In this document: positions 51,037-60,922 of the stretch, piece by piece
Layout: each line of letters opens with the position of its first letter
Position numbering within the stretch: position 1 is the stretch's first letter
DNA from: Nitrospira sp.
GTDB taxonomy: Bacteria; Nitrospirota; Nitrospiria; Nitrospirales; Nitrospiraceae
Direction of reading: 5' to 3'
Assembly: GCA_047150005.1 (NCBI GenBank)
Contig: AP038806.1
Span: 384,001 to 448,000 of the forward strand
DNA: 64,000 bases
Notes under the pieces: generated by a model
The model's input: only the letters and a program-made list of their open reading frames with translations
What the model was told of the DNA's origin: nothing
Database searches by the model: none
Translations under genes and position numbers: made by a program

Positions 51037-52002
51037 ATGACGCCTTCACCGGTGCCGTTCTATCTGTTGTGCGGGTCCCTGGGGGCGGGCAAGACCACGC
51101 TCCTGATGCGGCTGCTCGAACATTGGAAGTCGGCCGGCAAGCGGGCGGGCGTCCTCATGAACGAGGCCGGCGAGATCAGCATCGACGGGCCGCGCGCCGG
51201 CACCATCGCCGAACAGGTGATGAATCTGGCCGGCGGATGCGTCTGCTGCGACACGAAGGAAGATCTCTCCTGGGGCATCGCGCAGCTGGTTCACGATCAT
51301 GAATCGGACTTGATCGTTTTGGAATGCTCGGGCTTGGCGGATCCGGTCGAGGTCGTGGACGCCGTCACCGACCTCTATACGTCCCGGCTCGCGTCGCTCG
51401 AACGCGTCATCGCGCTGCTCCATCCCGTCGCGGGTGATCACAGCCACTCCAGCCGGTTCGTGACGTCCCAGGCGATTCGTTGCGCGGATGAGCTGATTCT
51501 GAACAAGCGGGACCTGTATGTCCCGGGACATTGGGAGCAGTTCAAGGAGTCGATCGTCCGAGACAATCCGTTCGCTCGGCTCTGGGAAACCACGCAGGCC
51601 CGAATTGATCCGGGAACGCTCCTGGCTCCTCGCACCGCGCTCAAACCGACCCCGACCAATGTGCTCTTCGGTAAGGAGCGGCCTCCCGGCGTACAGACCC
51701 GTGAACCCTACCATCCCATGGCCACCACCGTTCGGCTCCCCGGTCCGGTACACCGCGAACGACTGTTGGACTGGGTGAAGACCCTGCCTAAGGAATTGGA
51801 GCGGGCAAAGGGATTCTTCCGTTTTCCCGGCGACCCTGACTTGCAGGAATTACAGTATGCGCCGCCGGGAGCCGCCACCATCACGCCGGTCATGTTGCTG
51901 GATGAACCGAATCACGCCGTCGTGATGATCGGGCGCAACTACGACGTGGATCGCTGCGTGGCCGGTCTCCTAGCCTGCATCGAGCAGCCGACCAAGAACT
52001 GA
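51037..52002 (+). CDS. COG0523/CobW-family G3E GTPase metallochaperone
   Basis: GSLGAGKTT, NEAGE, GGCVCC, ECSG, LNKRD, RAKG. Confidence 0.92.
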   Translation: MTPSPVPFYLLCGSLGAGKTTLLMRLLEHWKSAGKRAGVLMNEAGEISIDGPRAGTIAEQVMNLAGGCVCCDTKEDLSWGIAQLVHDHESDLIVLECSGLADPVEVVDAVTDLYTSRLASLERVIALLHPVAGDHSHSSRFVTSQAIRCADELILNKRDLYVPGHWEQFKESIVRDNPFARLWETTQARIDPGTLLAPRTALKPTPTNVLFGKERPPGVQTREPYHPMATTVRLPGPVHRERLLDWVKTLPKELERAKGFFRFPGDPDLQELQYAPPGAATITPVMLLDEPNHAVVMIGRNYDVDRCVAGLLACIEQPTKN

Positions 52003-52003
52003 C

Positions 52004-52579
52004 TCATGGTTTCGCAGCGACACCGGCAGAAGTGGCGGAGGGTAGCGCACGACGCCGAAATCTCGGCCATTGGAGGAGCGCCCAGGCCGTCGCCGCCCCA
52101 AACAGACCGCCCAGCAGCCAGCCGGCCAGCACGTCCGTCACGTAGTGGGCGCCGATAAAGACTCGTGCCAGGCCGATCATCGCCACAAGAGGCCAGCTGA
52201 TCCAGGCCGACCGGGGGTACAACACGTGGAGGAAGGCGGCGGCGGCCGCGGTGTTGATCGCATGGTTGGAGGGAAACCCGAAGGCTTTTCCGCAGGCCTC
52301 AATCTGGTGAATGTCCGGCAGCGCGACGCAAGGCCGCGGCCGGGCCACCAACCCCTTGATACGGGCCCCCAGAAAATCGGCGACGCCGATCACCCCGCCC
52401 AACAGAGGCGCGGCAATGACCATTTCCTGCCGGAATAGCCACAGCCAGTACCCTCCCAGAGCAATGGCCGGGCCCCAGAGAAGATCGGGAGACGACAACG
52501 TCAGCGCCAGCCAATCCAGGGTACCCGACCGCCCAGCAAGGCCGTTGACGGCGCGGAAGAGGGCTTCATCCCAACTCAC
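52004..52579 (-). CDS. PAP2-family phosphatase
   Basis: KGLVARPRP, FPSNH, ARVFIGAHYVTDV. Confidence 0.9.
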   Translation of the reverse strand: MSWDEALFRAVNGLAGRSGTLDWLALTLSSPDLLWGPAIALGGYWLWLFRQEMVIAAPLLGGVIGVADFLGARIKGLVARPRPCVALPDIHQIEACGKAFGFPSNHAINTAAAAAFLHVLYPRSAWISWPLVAMIGLARVFIGAHYVTDVLAGWLLGGLFGAATAWALLQWPRFRRRALPSATSAGVAAKP

Positions 52580-52642
52580 GCGGGCATCTTAGCATGAGGC
52601 AGGACAATCAGCGATATTGGGAACGCTCTCGTTTCAACCTCC

Positions 52643-53080
52643 TCACCGGGTGCGGAAGTGGATACGGACCGTCAGTTCTCCGTCAACGGGATCGTCGCCC
52701 TTCATCTGCGGCTCGAATGTCCACTTGTTGAGCGCGGCAATCCCGGCCTGGGTCAACTCGCGATGTTTGGCAGGTTCCAATACGATCACCGTCGACTTGG
52801 CGTCCTTGGAGACCAACACCCGGGCTTTCATCCAATCATCGAGAACGGTGCCGTCGAGCGCAGGAGGAATCCTCGGCCATGGTGTGGACTTGGGCACCGG
52901 TCCGAGTTGCTGGTCCTTGTTGAGCGATAGTCCGTGCACATGGACTTCCGGCAGTTCCAATACGTCTTCCTGGTGGTCACTCTGATGCGTGGCATCATCA
53001 CCGGCTGCAGCTTGAACGGAGATCGGCCAGAGAAACCCAGCCAGGCCTAGGCATACGACTAGCTGACACATGGAACGCAT
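52643..53080 (-). CDS. Short TonB C-terminal-domain protein
   Basis: Signal peptide; ARVLVSKD..., AALNKWTFEP.MK..PV..ELTVRIHF TonB_C-like; follows the TonB-dependent receptor gene. Confidence 0.72.
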   Translation of the reverse strand: MRSMCQLVVCLGLAGFLWPISVQAAAGDDATHQSDHQEDVLELPEVHVHGLSLNKDQQLGPVPKSTPWPRIPPALDGTVLDDWMKARVLVSKDAKSTVIVLEPAKHRELTQAGIAALNKWTFEPQMKGDDPVDGELTVRIHFRTR

Positions 53081-53104
53081 TCAGTTCTCACTGTACTTGA
53101 GAGA

Positions 53105-55528
53105 TCAGAAAAACCACTGGGCTCGGAAGAAGAACGACCTCGGCATGCCCGCATGCGCAATCCCGAGACCGATGCTGCCTTCTCCGGAGTTATAGAAATA
53201 TTGCTCGTTGAACAGGTTGATCAGATCGAACCCCAGCAACATCTTTTGGTTCTCCCACGGCAAGGGAACCACGTGGGTGATCGATGCATTATAGACAGTG
53301 TACGACGGCTCATGGGAGGAATTCGTCTTGGCGCCGTCTTCGGCCGTCCGCAGCCCGTAGCCATATAACATTTGACCGCTGATGTTCGTCCGTTCGAACA
53401 GTTGGTAATTCACCACTGCGGAACTGGTGACGAACTGTGAGTGATCGCAGAAGACGCCGCCCGGTGAGTTGATATCGTTGATTTCCCCCTGGTCAAGCAG
53501 GAATTGACCGGACTGTAAACCATAGCCCTTACACTGACCCCAGCCTACATTCCCGCGGCCCGTCAGCTTTTCGTCGAATTTGACCGCCACCTGGCCGTCG
53601 ATACCTCGCTGCCAGCCATTCTGAAAGGCAAAGAAATTCAGCAACGGGGTGCTGCCGAATTGACCGGCATCGGAGAGGTAGTGCGCGAGTCTGTAATAGC
53701 CCGTCACCTGCATCGTGGCATACCGGTTGATCGCATGATAGCTTCCCACTTCCCAATAGTGGGCGCGCTCTGCGCGTGGTCGGAAACCGGTCGGGTCGTC
53801 CGGCGCAGCAGTGGTGTTTTGAGTATTGAGATTTACAAAGGCCACTTGCTCGATGTTGGGAGGGGTGAACTGCCGGCCATAGTACGCATGGAAGACGTTT
53901 GACTGGTTGAGCTTGTAGGTCACCCCGATTTTCGGGCTCACCTGTCCCTCGTTGTAGAACCCTTGGATGGCATCGCCTCGCACGCCCAGGTTGAAGGTCC
54001 AGTGCTCGTTCGGAGTCCACTGGTCCTGGATCCACATCTCCTGTCGAGTCTGAATGTTCTGGTTGGCCGCTTGGAGCGTCAGGACCGGCCCGGCCGGCGC
54101 CCCGCCGCTGGTATCAAACGCATAAATCTGTGAGTTGTTGTTCGCCCTGGTGTAGTCGAACTGAAACCCTCCCTTGACGAGATGTCGACTGTTCGGCACC
54201 CAGGTGTGGTCCAGACGGAAGCCGCCGGAATAGGCCGTCCGCTTTTGGCTCGCTGTCTGGGCGGTATTCACATCGTCCGCGTAGGCCAGCGCATTGAGGG
54301 CGTCAGTTTGGAAATCCGCCACGCCGCGTCGAAAATAGACACCCAGGCTGAAGAAATTGCTCGCATTCACATCATGCCGCCAAACCAACTGGCTGTATTG
54401 ATTGTTCTCTTTCTGGAACTGGTTGACGGATTGTGAGGTCACAGGCTCGAATCCCGCCGGCAGCAACGCAAGAACATCGCCGTTGGCCTCCAGATTCGGA
54501 ATCGTCGGAATCTGATATTTTGCCACCGAACCGAGAAAGATCCAGGCGAAGTTGTTGCTGTTGTCGTGCTGATAGTCTCCCCTCAGATATGTGTTATTCT
54601 TCTCGCTCTGATTGTGGTAGCTCGGCCGCCCCAATGTCGGAGGCTCAATGCCTCGGTTGGTCGTGACATAACTGTTCATAGCATAAAACCGGACCTTCTC
54701 GCCGATAGTCCCTCCGTATTCGAACGACGGGTTCACTATTTCATTCGAGCCGCCGAACACCTGGATCGAGCCGAACCCCGGTTTCGTCCCGCTCTTGCTG
54801 GTGATGTCGAGGATGAGGGCGGTCTTGTTCCCATATTGCGCTTCCATGCCGCCCAAGATGATGTCCGATCGCTCCCACGCACGTGGGGGTACGATATCCG
54901 CGAACGCCCCCGTGACCGTGTCCGGTATGGGAATGCCGTCGATGCGGAACTGCTGGTTCGCATGATCCTGCCGAATGTGGGTTTGTCTGAGCGATCCATA
55001 CACCACACTCGGGATCGTGAGCAGCACTTCCGCAACATCGTTGTTATTGCCTCGTGGCAGGGTTTCCACATCTTTCCGGCTCAATTGGTACACGGTACTG
55101 GAGGCTTTATACTGAATGGCCGGTAAAGGTGAGACAATCTCCAATGCGATCTCTTTCGTAACAGAGAGGGTGAGCGTCACCGGAGCGGGTCGCTCGGTTC
55201 CGACCTTCACCACCACATATTCGCTCTTGTAGGTATCCTGCACGGCGCTGATCGAAAACACGCCGTCCTCAGGCACCGTGAGGGAAAACTCGCCGGCTTG
55301 ATTCGTGACGCCCTGTGTCACGACGTTCCCTTCTTGATCGCGAACCTGCACGATCGCCTGATCCACCCGACGCAAATCCTGATTCTGGACCGCCCCGGTG
55401 ATGATCCGCATGGGCGGCGTCTCCTCCGCATGTAGAGACGCCGCGGGCCAGGTTCCTGCAACCACGCTCGACAGGGAAACCGCCAGACAGACATGCAAAC
55501 AGGTATGAACGGGTGCAACGCGACGCAT
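53105..55528 (-). CDS. TonB-dependent receptor with N-terminal carboxypeptidase-regulatory-like domain
   Basis: GAGGAGG SD; signal peptide; plug motifs (RIDGIPI, GGMEAQYG); WIQDQW, LGVRGD, SPKIG; INLFNEQY; C-terminal Phe. Confidence 0.92.
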   Translation of the reverse strand: MRRVAPVHTCLHVCLAVSLSSVVAGTWPAASLHAEETPPMRIITGAVQNQDLRRVDQAIVQVRDQEGNVVTQGVTNQAGEFSLTVPEDGVFSISAVQDTYKSEYVVVKVGTERPAPVTLTLSVTKEIALEIVSPLPAIQYKASSTVYQLSRKDVETLPRGNNNDVAEVLLTIPSVVYGSLRQTHIRQDHANQQFRIDGIPIPDTVTGAFADIVPPRAWERSDIILGGMEAQYGNKTALILDITSKSGTKPGFGSIQVFGGSNEIVNPSFEYGGTIGEKVRFYAMNSYVTTNRGIEPPTLGRPSYHNQSEKNNTYLRGDYQHDNSNNFAWIFLGSVAKYQIPTIPNLEANGDVLALLPAGFEPVTSQSVNQFQKENNQYSQLVWRHDVNASNFFSLGVYFRRGVADFQTDALNALAYADDVNTAQTASQKRTAYSGGFRLDHTWVPNSRHLVKGGFQFDYTRANNNSQIYAFDTSGGAPAGPVLTLQAANQNIQTRQEMWIQDQWTPNEHWTFNLGVRGDAIQGFYNEGQVSPKIGVTYKLNQSNVFHAYYGRQFTPPNIEQVAFVNLNTQNTTAAPDDPTGFRPRAERAHYWEVGSYHAINRYATMQVTGYYRLAHYLSDAGQFGSTPLLNFFAFQNGWQRGIDGQVAVKFDEKLTGRGNVGWGQCKGYGLQSGQFLLDQGEINDINSPGGVFCDHSQFVTSSAVVNYQLFERTNISGQMLYGYGLRTAEDGAKTNSSHEPSYTVYNASITHVVPLPWENQKMLLGFDLINLFNEQYFYNSGEGSIGLGIAHAGMPRSFFFRAQWFF

Positions 55529-55621
55529 CGCCACCTCCTCCGACGCCCGATGAATGCAATTGAATCGGGAGCACCGGCCGGCCCGACGAGCCGAACCAGC
55601 GCCCACCGCGACGACCGGCGA

Positions 55622-55954
55622 TTAGATGTGAGGAGGCGCCCGAGAAGGACCGACGGAGGAACACTCAGCGGAAAGAAGAACCGACTGGGCCTGGGCCTCG
55701 TAAAGGCCGACGAGTTCCCAAACGGTGAAAACCGGCCCGCTGAAATCGAATGACCCAGAGGTATGGTGCTGCACCCATTGGCAGAGGTCGGCATCCGAAT
55801 GCTCATGCCCATCGTCGTCCGCCGCTGCCAGCTCGTGGTGGACATCCTGAGCGACGGCGAACGGAGCCATCGTGAGCAGCAACAACACAAGCCAAACGGA
55901 TAGACCACTGCGCAGCGGTCCGTTTGGTCGGTCTTGCAAAGAAAGAAGGCCCAT
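55622..55954 (-). CDS. His-rich exported leader protein ending in RAPP (DUF2946-like)
   Basis: Signal-like LSVWLVLLLLTMAPFAVA, HHELAAADDDGHEHSDADLCQWVQHH, C-terminal SRAPPHI; start uncertain. Confidence 0.78.
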   Translation of the reverse strand: MGLLSLQDRPNGPLRSGLSVWLVLLLLTMAPFAVAQDVHHELAAADDDGHEHSDADLCQWVQHHTSGSFDFSGPVFTVWELVGLYEAQAQSVLLSAECSSVGPSRAPPHI

Positions 55955-56178
55955 GGAGGGCGCAGTCTGTATCACAGTGATTGGAAGCCTGTCAAACCTA
56001 TGGACTGTGATGCCCGCCTTCGCGGACATGATGCACGAGGAAACCGACTCACTACCAACTGTGTTGAGAATAACGGCTGAGACTTCAATGGCTTATGCAC
56101 TGACCAGTAGACATTTCCTCAACATTTCGTTATGCTGCGCCACCCTACTAACCTTTTGGCCGAACCCGTCATTGCACC

Positions 56179-57237
56179 ATGAACCGACCGCTCGATAATC
56201 AACACGTCATAGAAATCAAAGCGTTGCCTTCCCCTCGCGCCATCAAGACCAAGCTGCCCATCAGCGATCAGGCGGCCGCCTTGGTGGTGGAAACCAGAGA
56301 GGCGATCCGCCGAATCCTCCATGGCACCGATCGTGACCGTCTTGTCGTGATCGTCGGTCCTTGCTCGATCCACGATCCGGATGCCGCCTATGAGTATGCC
56401 GACCGGCTCAAACTGACTGTGGATGCCTTGCGCGACCGGCTGCTCATCGTCATGCGCACCTACTTCGAAAAGCCCAGGACCACCGTCGGATGGAAAGGGC
56501 TCATCAACGATCCCCATCTGGACGGCACCTGCGACATCGCCACCGGCATGGAATTGGCCCGAACGATCTTGCTCGAGATCAACCGGCGGGGTCTCCCCTG
56601 CGCCACGGAGCTGCTTGATCCGATCAGCCCGCAATACATCGCCGACCTCATCAGCTGGACCGCCATCGGCGCGAGGACGACGGAGAGCCAGACCCATCGG
56701 GAGATGGCCAGCGGAGTCTCGATGCCGGTCGGGTTCAAGAACGGCACGGAGGGCAGCCTGCAGGTGGCGGTCAACGCGATGATCTCGGCCCGGACACCCC
56801 ATCACTTCGTCGGGATCAACGCCGACGGGCAGACCTCCATCATCAAGACCTTGGGCAACCCCGACCGGCATATCGTGCTTCGCGGAGGCGGCGGGAAAAC
56901 GAACTATGACGCCGAGCATGTTGGAAAGGCCGAGGCCGCGGTGGCCGGCGAAGGCATCGCGCGTCCCATCATGATCGATTGCTCGCACGACAACTCCAGC
57001 AAGGACCATCGGCGACAGGCATTGGTCGCCCGTGAGGTGGTCCGCCAGTTTCAGGAAGGCCGCTCCTCCATCATGGGTCTGATGCTTGAGAGCAATCTGT
57101 TCCCCGGCAAGCAGACCTGGCAAGAGGGTAAAGCGTTGGCCCACGGGGTCTCCATCACCGACGCCTGTCTCGGGTGGGAGGAGACCGAACAGTTGCTTGC
57201 GGAACTGGCCGACGCGATTGTGGCCAGACCAGCCTAG
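56179..57237 (+). CDS. 3-deoxy-7-phosphoheptulonate (DAHP) synthase, class I
   Basis: GPCSIHD, YFEKPRTTVGWKG, IGARTTESQ, DCSHDNS, SITDAC (AroF/G/H type). Confidence 0.95.
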   Translation: MNRPLDNQHVIEIKALPSPRAIKTKLPISDQAAALVVETREAIRRILHGTDRDRLVVIVGPCSIHDPDAAYEYADRLKLTVDALRDRLLIVMRTYFEKPRTTVGWKGLINDPHLDGTCDIATGMELARTILLEINRRGLPCATELLDPISPQYIADLISWTAIGARTTESQTHREMASGVSMPVGFKNGTEGSLQVAVNAMISARTPHHFVGINADGQTSIIKTLGNPDRHIVLRGGGGKTNYDAEHVGKAEAAVAGEGIARPIMIDCSHDNSSKDHRRQALVAREVVRQFQEGRSSIMGLMLESNLFPGKQTWQEGKALAHGVSITDACLGWEETEQLLAELADAIVARPA

Positions 57238-57280
57238 TCGGCCGCCCTCCATACCCGCCGACCTCTCCTGAGACGCGCCC

Positions 57281-58060
57281 ATGCTCATCGATACTCATGT
57301 GCATCTCGACGATCCCCGATTCGATGCGGATCGCGACGCGACGATGGCCCGCGCTCGCGAAGCCGGCGTCTCGACCTCCATCACCATCGGCTGCGATCTG
57401 GCGACGAGCCGGGCGGCGGTCGGTTTGGCCGGACGATATGAGTCGGTCTACGCGTCGATCGGTGTACATCCCCACGAGGTCAAACATATCGACGACGGCT
57501 GGTACGATGAATTCCGCCGGCTGGCCGCCGACCCGAAGGTGGTCGCCTACGGCGAAATCGGTCTCGACTACCACTACAACCATTCATCGCCCCAGCAGCA
57601 ACGCGATCGATTTCGGGAACAGGTGCGACTCGCACGAGAACTGCACCTGCCCGTGATCATTCATACGAGAGAAGCGCAAGAAGACACCGTTCAGATCTTG
57701 CGGGAGGAACGGGCCTCGGAAATCGGGGGAGTCTTCCACTGCTTTTCAGGAGATGCGTGGCTGGCCAAGGATGCACTGGATCTTGGATTTTACCTGTCGT
57801 TTTCCGGAATCCTGACCTTCAACAATGCATCCATGTTGCGGGACATCGCAAGACAGACGCCGCTCGATCGCCTCTTGACCGAAACGGACTGTCCGTACCT
57901 GACCCCCGTGCCTCACCGAGGGAAGCGAAACGAACCGGCCTATGTGTCGTTTGTCGCCAAACAACTGGCGGCACTGCATGCAGAACAGGCGGGTCTGACC
58001 CTCGGCGACATCGAGCGGATCACCACCGAAAACGCGAAACGGCTGTTCAAAATCGTCTGA
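57281..58060 (+). CDS. tatD: TatD-family nuclease
   Basis: DTHVHL, GVHPH, GEIGLDY, IHTREA, HCFSG, ETDCPYL. Confidence 0.95.
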   Translation: MLIDTHVHLDDPRFDADRDATMARAREAGVSTSITIGCDLATSRAAVGLAGRYESVYASIGVHPHEVKHIDDGWYDEFRRLAADPKVVAYGEIGLDYHYNHSSPQQQRDRFREQVRLARELHLPVIIHTREAQEDTVQILREERASEIGGVFHCFSGDAWLAKDALDLGFYLSFSGILTFNNASMLRDIARQTPLDRLLTETDCPYLTPVPHRGKRNEPAYVSFVAKQLAALHAEQAGLTLGDIERITTENAKRLFKIV

Positions 58061-58574
58061 GCTGCCGCCCGCGACGGCGCGCCGACTTCGGAAGCTTTCT
58101 GGGATTTCCCCGCTTCTCCGAACCGCGCCGCGGAGGATACTCTTCTCCCGTGTCCAATTCCTTGTGCGCCACCCCCGTGACCGGAGAGGACGACAGTTTT
58201 TCGGCAAATTCCCGTGCCTCCATCACGAAAGCTCCCTGGGCTCGCGCGTAGTCGGTGACTTCGCGGTCGGAACTGACGACCGCGCAATCCGACTCGAACT
58301 CTTTCGCAAGCCGTTGAATCACCTGGTCGGCCCGTTCTCCCCGCTTCGAATAGATGATCTGGACCCCCAAACGATGCTCGCGCCCCTCGAAGAGCTGCCC
58401 CGACTGCCAACCGTCGAACACCACCGTCACCGCATGCCCTTTTCGGTGCCGATAGGCCGACAGATCCCTCACCAAGCTGTCACGACCCAATGCCGAATGC
58501 GCGCCGTCGCGGCGAGCCTGCCCGCCCATCACGGCCAGCAGATTGTACCCATCGATGATGAGGTGCACCGGCAT
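58047..58574 (-). CDS. NYN-domain RNase (YacP/Rae1-like)
   Basis: IIDGYNL, VVFDG, ADQVI, VVSSD. Confidence 0.88.
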   Translation of the reverse strand: MPVHLIIDGYNLLAVMGGQARRDGAHSALGRDSLVRDLSAYRHRKGHAVTVVFDGWQSGQLFEGREHRLGVQIIYSKRGERADQVIQRLAKEFESDCAVVSSDREVTDYARAQGAFVMEAREFAEKLSSSPVTGVAHKELDTGEEYPPRRGSEKRGNPRKLPKSARRRGRQLRRF

Positions 58575-58685
58575 GGGCAAACCCTACGCGCGAGGTCGAG
58601 GGCTGTCAATCGCGGCGACCGCGCGCGTTCTGCCCGCGCCCTTGACAAGCCGTTGAACTTCTGAGACATAGATGACATTCCCATT

Positions 58686-59978
58686 GTGTTGAGCATCGTC
58701 ATGCCGTTGGCCCTCTGGCGCGCTCTCGTCATCGCCGTCACGATCAGTTTGACCGGTCCGGGCTGCTACGACACACCCGGTTCCGCCACAGCCCTGGCCG
58801 AAACCCATCGTTCTCTCCCGGATCAATCAAGCACCGCCAAACGCAGCCGTAACTCGCGCATCAGCATGACGCCGACCACGCTCGGGATCACGACCGTTCA
58901 GAATCTCCGCACGGCCGTCTCTCCCGACGTGACCCGATTGGTCCTGGACCTCGACCACGTAACCCGCGCCCCCGCCAGGCCGCCTCTGCAGGCCGACGGT
59001 GTGGTGATTGAAATTCCACGCGCCACGCTGGGGAAGTCCGCCCAAGCCAAACTCGCGCGCGGCTCGCTGGCCAAGCTCTTCGTCATTACGCAGGCCTCCG
59101 ACCATTCCGTCTCGATCGCACTGCCCGCCGGCACGTTCGAGTCCTATAGGCTGCTGTCCCTCTCGAATCCTCCTCGACTGGTCGTCGACGTCGTGCCGTC
59201 AAAGCAGGTCGGAGTCTCGCCCGGTCTCAATCCAGTGGAGGAAGCGCCTCCGCCGTTCTCCCCGCCCGTCCAGCCGGTCCCGCCGCGGGTGAAACCCTTC
59301 ACGACGGTAGTCATTGATCCGGGACACGGCGGCAGAGACCCTGGTGCGCACGGGCAACGCGGGACGGAGGAAAAAGACATTACGCTCAAAGTGGCGCTCA
59401 AACTGCGTGATCTGCTCGCGAAAGATCCGGGGCTGCGCGTCCTCATGACGCGGGACCGGGACGTCTTCGTGGAATTGGAGGATCGGGCGAAGTTCGCCAA
59501 CGGCCATGAAGCGGATCTCTTCGTGTCGATCCACGTCAATTCTCATCCTCAGCGCTCCGTGCGAGGCATCGAAATCTATCACTTCGGTGAAGCCAAGGAT
59601 CAGCGGGCGCTCGAGGTGGCGGCGCGGGAAAACGGCACGCCGCTGAGCAGCACAGGAGTCGGATGGGAATACCTGGTGGCGGATCTCCTGACGACCAGGA
59701 AGATCGAAGCGTCGTTGGAACTGGCCTGGACCGCCAAGGAAGCGATGATCACGCACCTCAACGGTCACTATTCGCTGGTCGATCATGGCGTCAAAACGGC
59801 GCCCTTTTATGTCCTGCGCTTCACGAGCATGCCGAGCATCTTGGCGGAGATCGCCTACATCTCCAATTCGGCGGAGGAAGAGCTGCTTCGCAACCAGACG
59901 TTCACCACCCGCGTCGCCGAATCGCTGCATGAAGGTGTGCGGGCATACCTGGCGGCTTCCAAGCAGCCGCTTCGATGA
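58686..59978 (+). CDS. N-acetylmuramoyl-L-alanine amidase (AMIN + Amidase_3)
   Basis: TRLVLDL and PPRLVVDV AMIN motifs; IDPGHGG.DPGA, EKD, FVSIHVN, ILAEIAYISN; start uncertain. Confidence 0.92.
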   Translation: MLSIVMPLALWRALVIAVTISLTGPGCYDTPGSATALAETHRSLPDQSSTAKRSRNSRISMTPTTLGITTVQNLRTAVSPDVTRLVLDLDHVTRAPARPPLQADGVVIEIPRATLGKSAQAKLARGSLAKLFVITQASDHSVSIALPAGTFESYRLLSLSNPPRLVVDVVPSKQVGVSPGLNPVEEAPPPFSPPVQPVPPRVKPFTTVVIDPGHGGRDPGAHGQRGTEEKDITLKVALKLRDLLAKDPGLRVLMTRDRDVFVELEDRAKFANGHEADLFVSIHVNSHPQRSVRGIEIYHFGEAKDQRALEVAARENGTPLSSTGVGWEYLVADLLTTRKIEASLELAWTAKEAMITHLNGHYSLVDHGVKTAPFYVLRFTSMPSILAEIAYISNSAEEELLRNQTFTTRVAESLHEGVRAYLAASKQPLR

Positions 59979-60005
59979 CCGGCGGGCCGCTGCGCCATTG
60001 ATCTC

Positions 60006-60746
60006 ATGGCCACCGTCAAACTGATCGTCGAGTACGACGGCACCGCCTATGCCGGCTGGCAGCGGCAGCCGGACCATCCGACCATCCAAGAAGCCCTCGA
60101 AACTGCTGTACAACGTCTGACACAGATCGAGGTCTCGATCGTTGGAGCCGGGCGCACCGACGCCGGCGTCCATGCATTGGGTCAGGTCGCCAGTTTTCGC
60201 ATCGACAGAGACTGGACTCCGCGAGAGTGGATCAAGGGTATGAACGCGAGGTTGCCCAAGGACATCGCCGTCCGGTCGGCTGAAATCATGCCGGACGGTT
60301 TCCACGCGCGCTATGCAGCCAGCGGCAAACTGTACGAATACCGCATTCTCAACCGTCCGGCTCGCTCGGCCGTCGACCGGCATCACGTCTGGCATATCCA
60401 CAAACCTCTGGACGTCGAGGCGATGCAGCGAGCCGCCTCGCTGCTGACCGGTTCACATGACTTCACGTCGTTCGAAGGGTCGCTGACCGACAATGAAGAT
60501 CCCGTGTGCCGGCTTCAACGATTGTCGATCCACCGCGAAGGCGATTACCTTCATATCCAGGCCTACGCCGACCGTTTCCTCAAACACATGGTTCGCGCAA
60601 TCGTCGGGACGCTGGTGGAAGTGGGCCATGTGCAACGCAGTGCCGAGGAAATACCTGCAATGCTTGCCGCGAAAGATCGCACAAAGGCCGGACGAACCGC
60701 CCCGGCTCACGGCCTGTTTCTCCTGCACGTCGATTACCATCAATAA
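60006..60746 (+). CDS. truA: tRNA pseudouridine(38-40) synthase
   Basis: EYDGT.Y.GWQRQ, AGRTDAGVHA, FHAR, FLKHMVR. Confidence 0.96.
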   Translation: MATVKLIVEYDGTAYAGWQRQPDHPTIQEALETAVQRLTQIEVSIVGAGRTDAGVHALGQVASFRIDRDWTPREWIKGMNARLPKDIAVRSAEIMPDGFHARYAASGKLYEYRILNRPARSAVDRHHVWHIHKPLDVEAMQRAASLLTGSHDFTSFEGSLTDNEDPVCRLQRLSIHREGDYLHIQAYADRFLKHMVRAIVGTLVEVGHVQRSAEEIPAMLAAKDRTKAGRTAPAHGLFLLHVDYHQ

Positions 60747-60922
60747 ATCTGCGCCTGTTCTGCAGACAACCTCCAGACGCTTTGCTATAGTGGCGCGCCC
60801 ATTGATGTGTCCGAATCGTCTCTGTACATCGACCGCTGCCTTCCGACGGTGCTCATGGTCGCAGACAGGAACAAGGCGGACACCATCCGCGCCGTTCACC
60901 TACTCACAAAGGAGTGCCGCCG

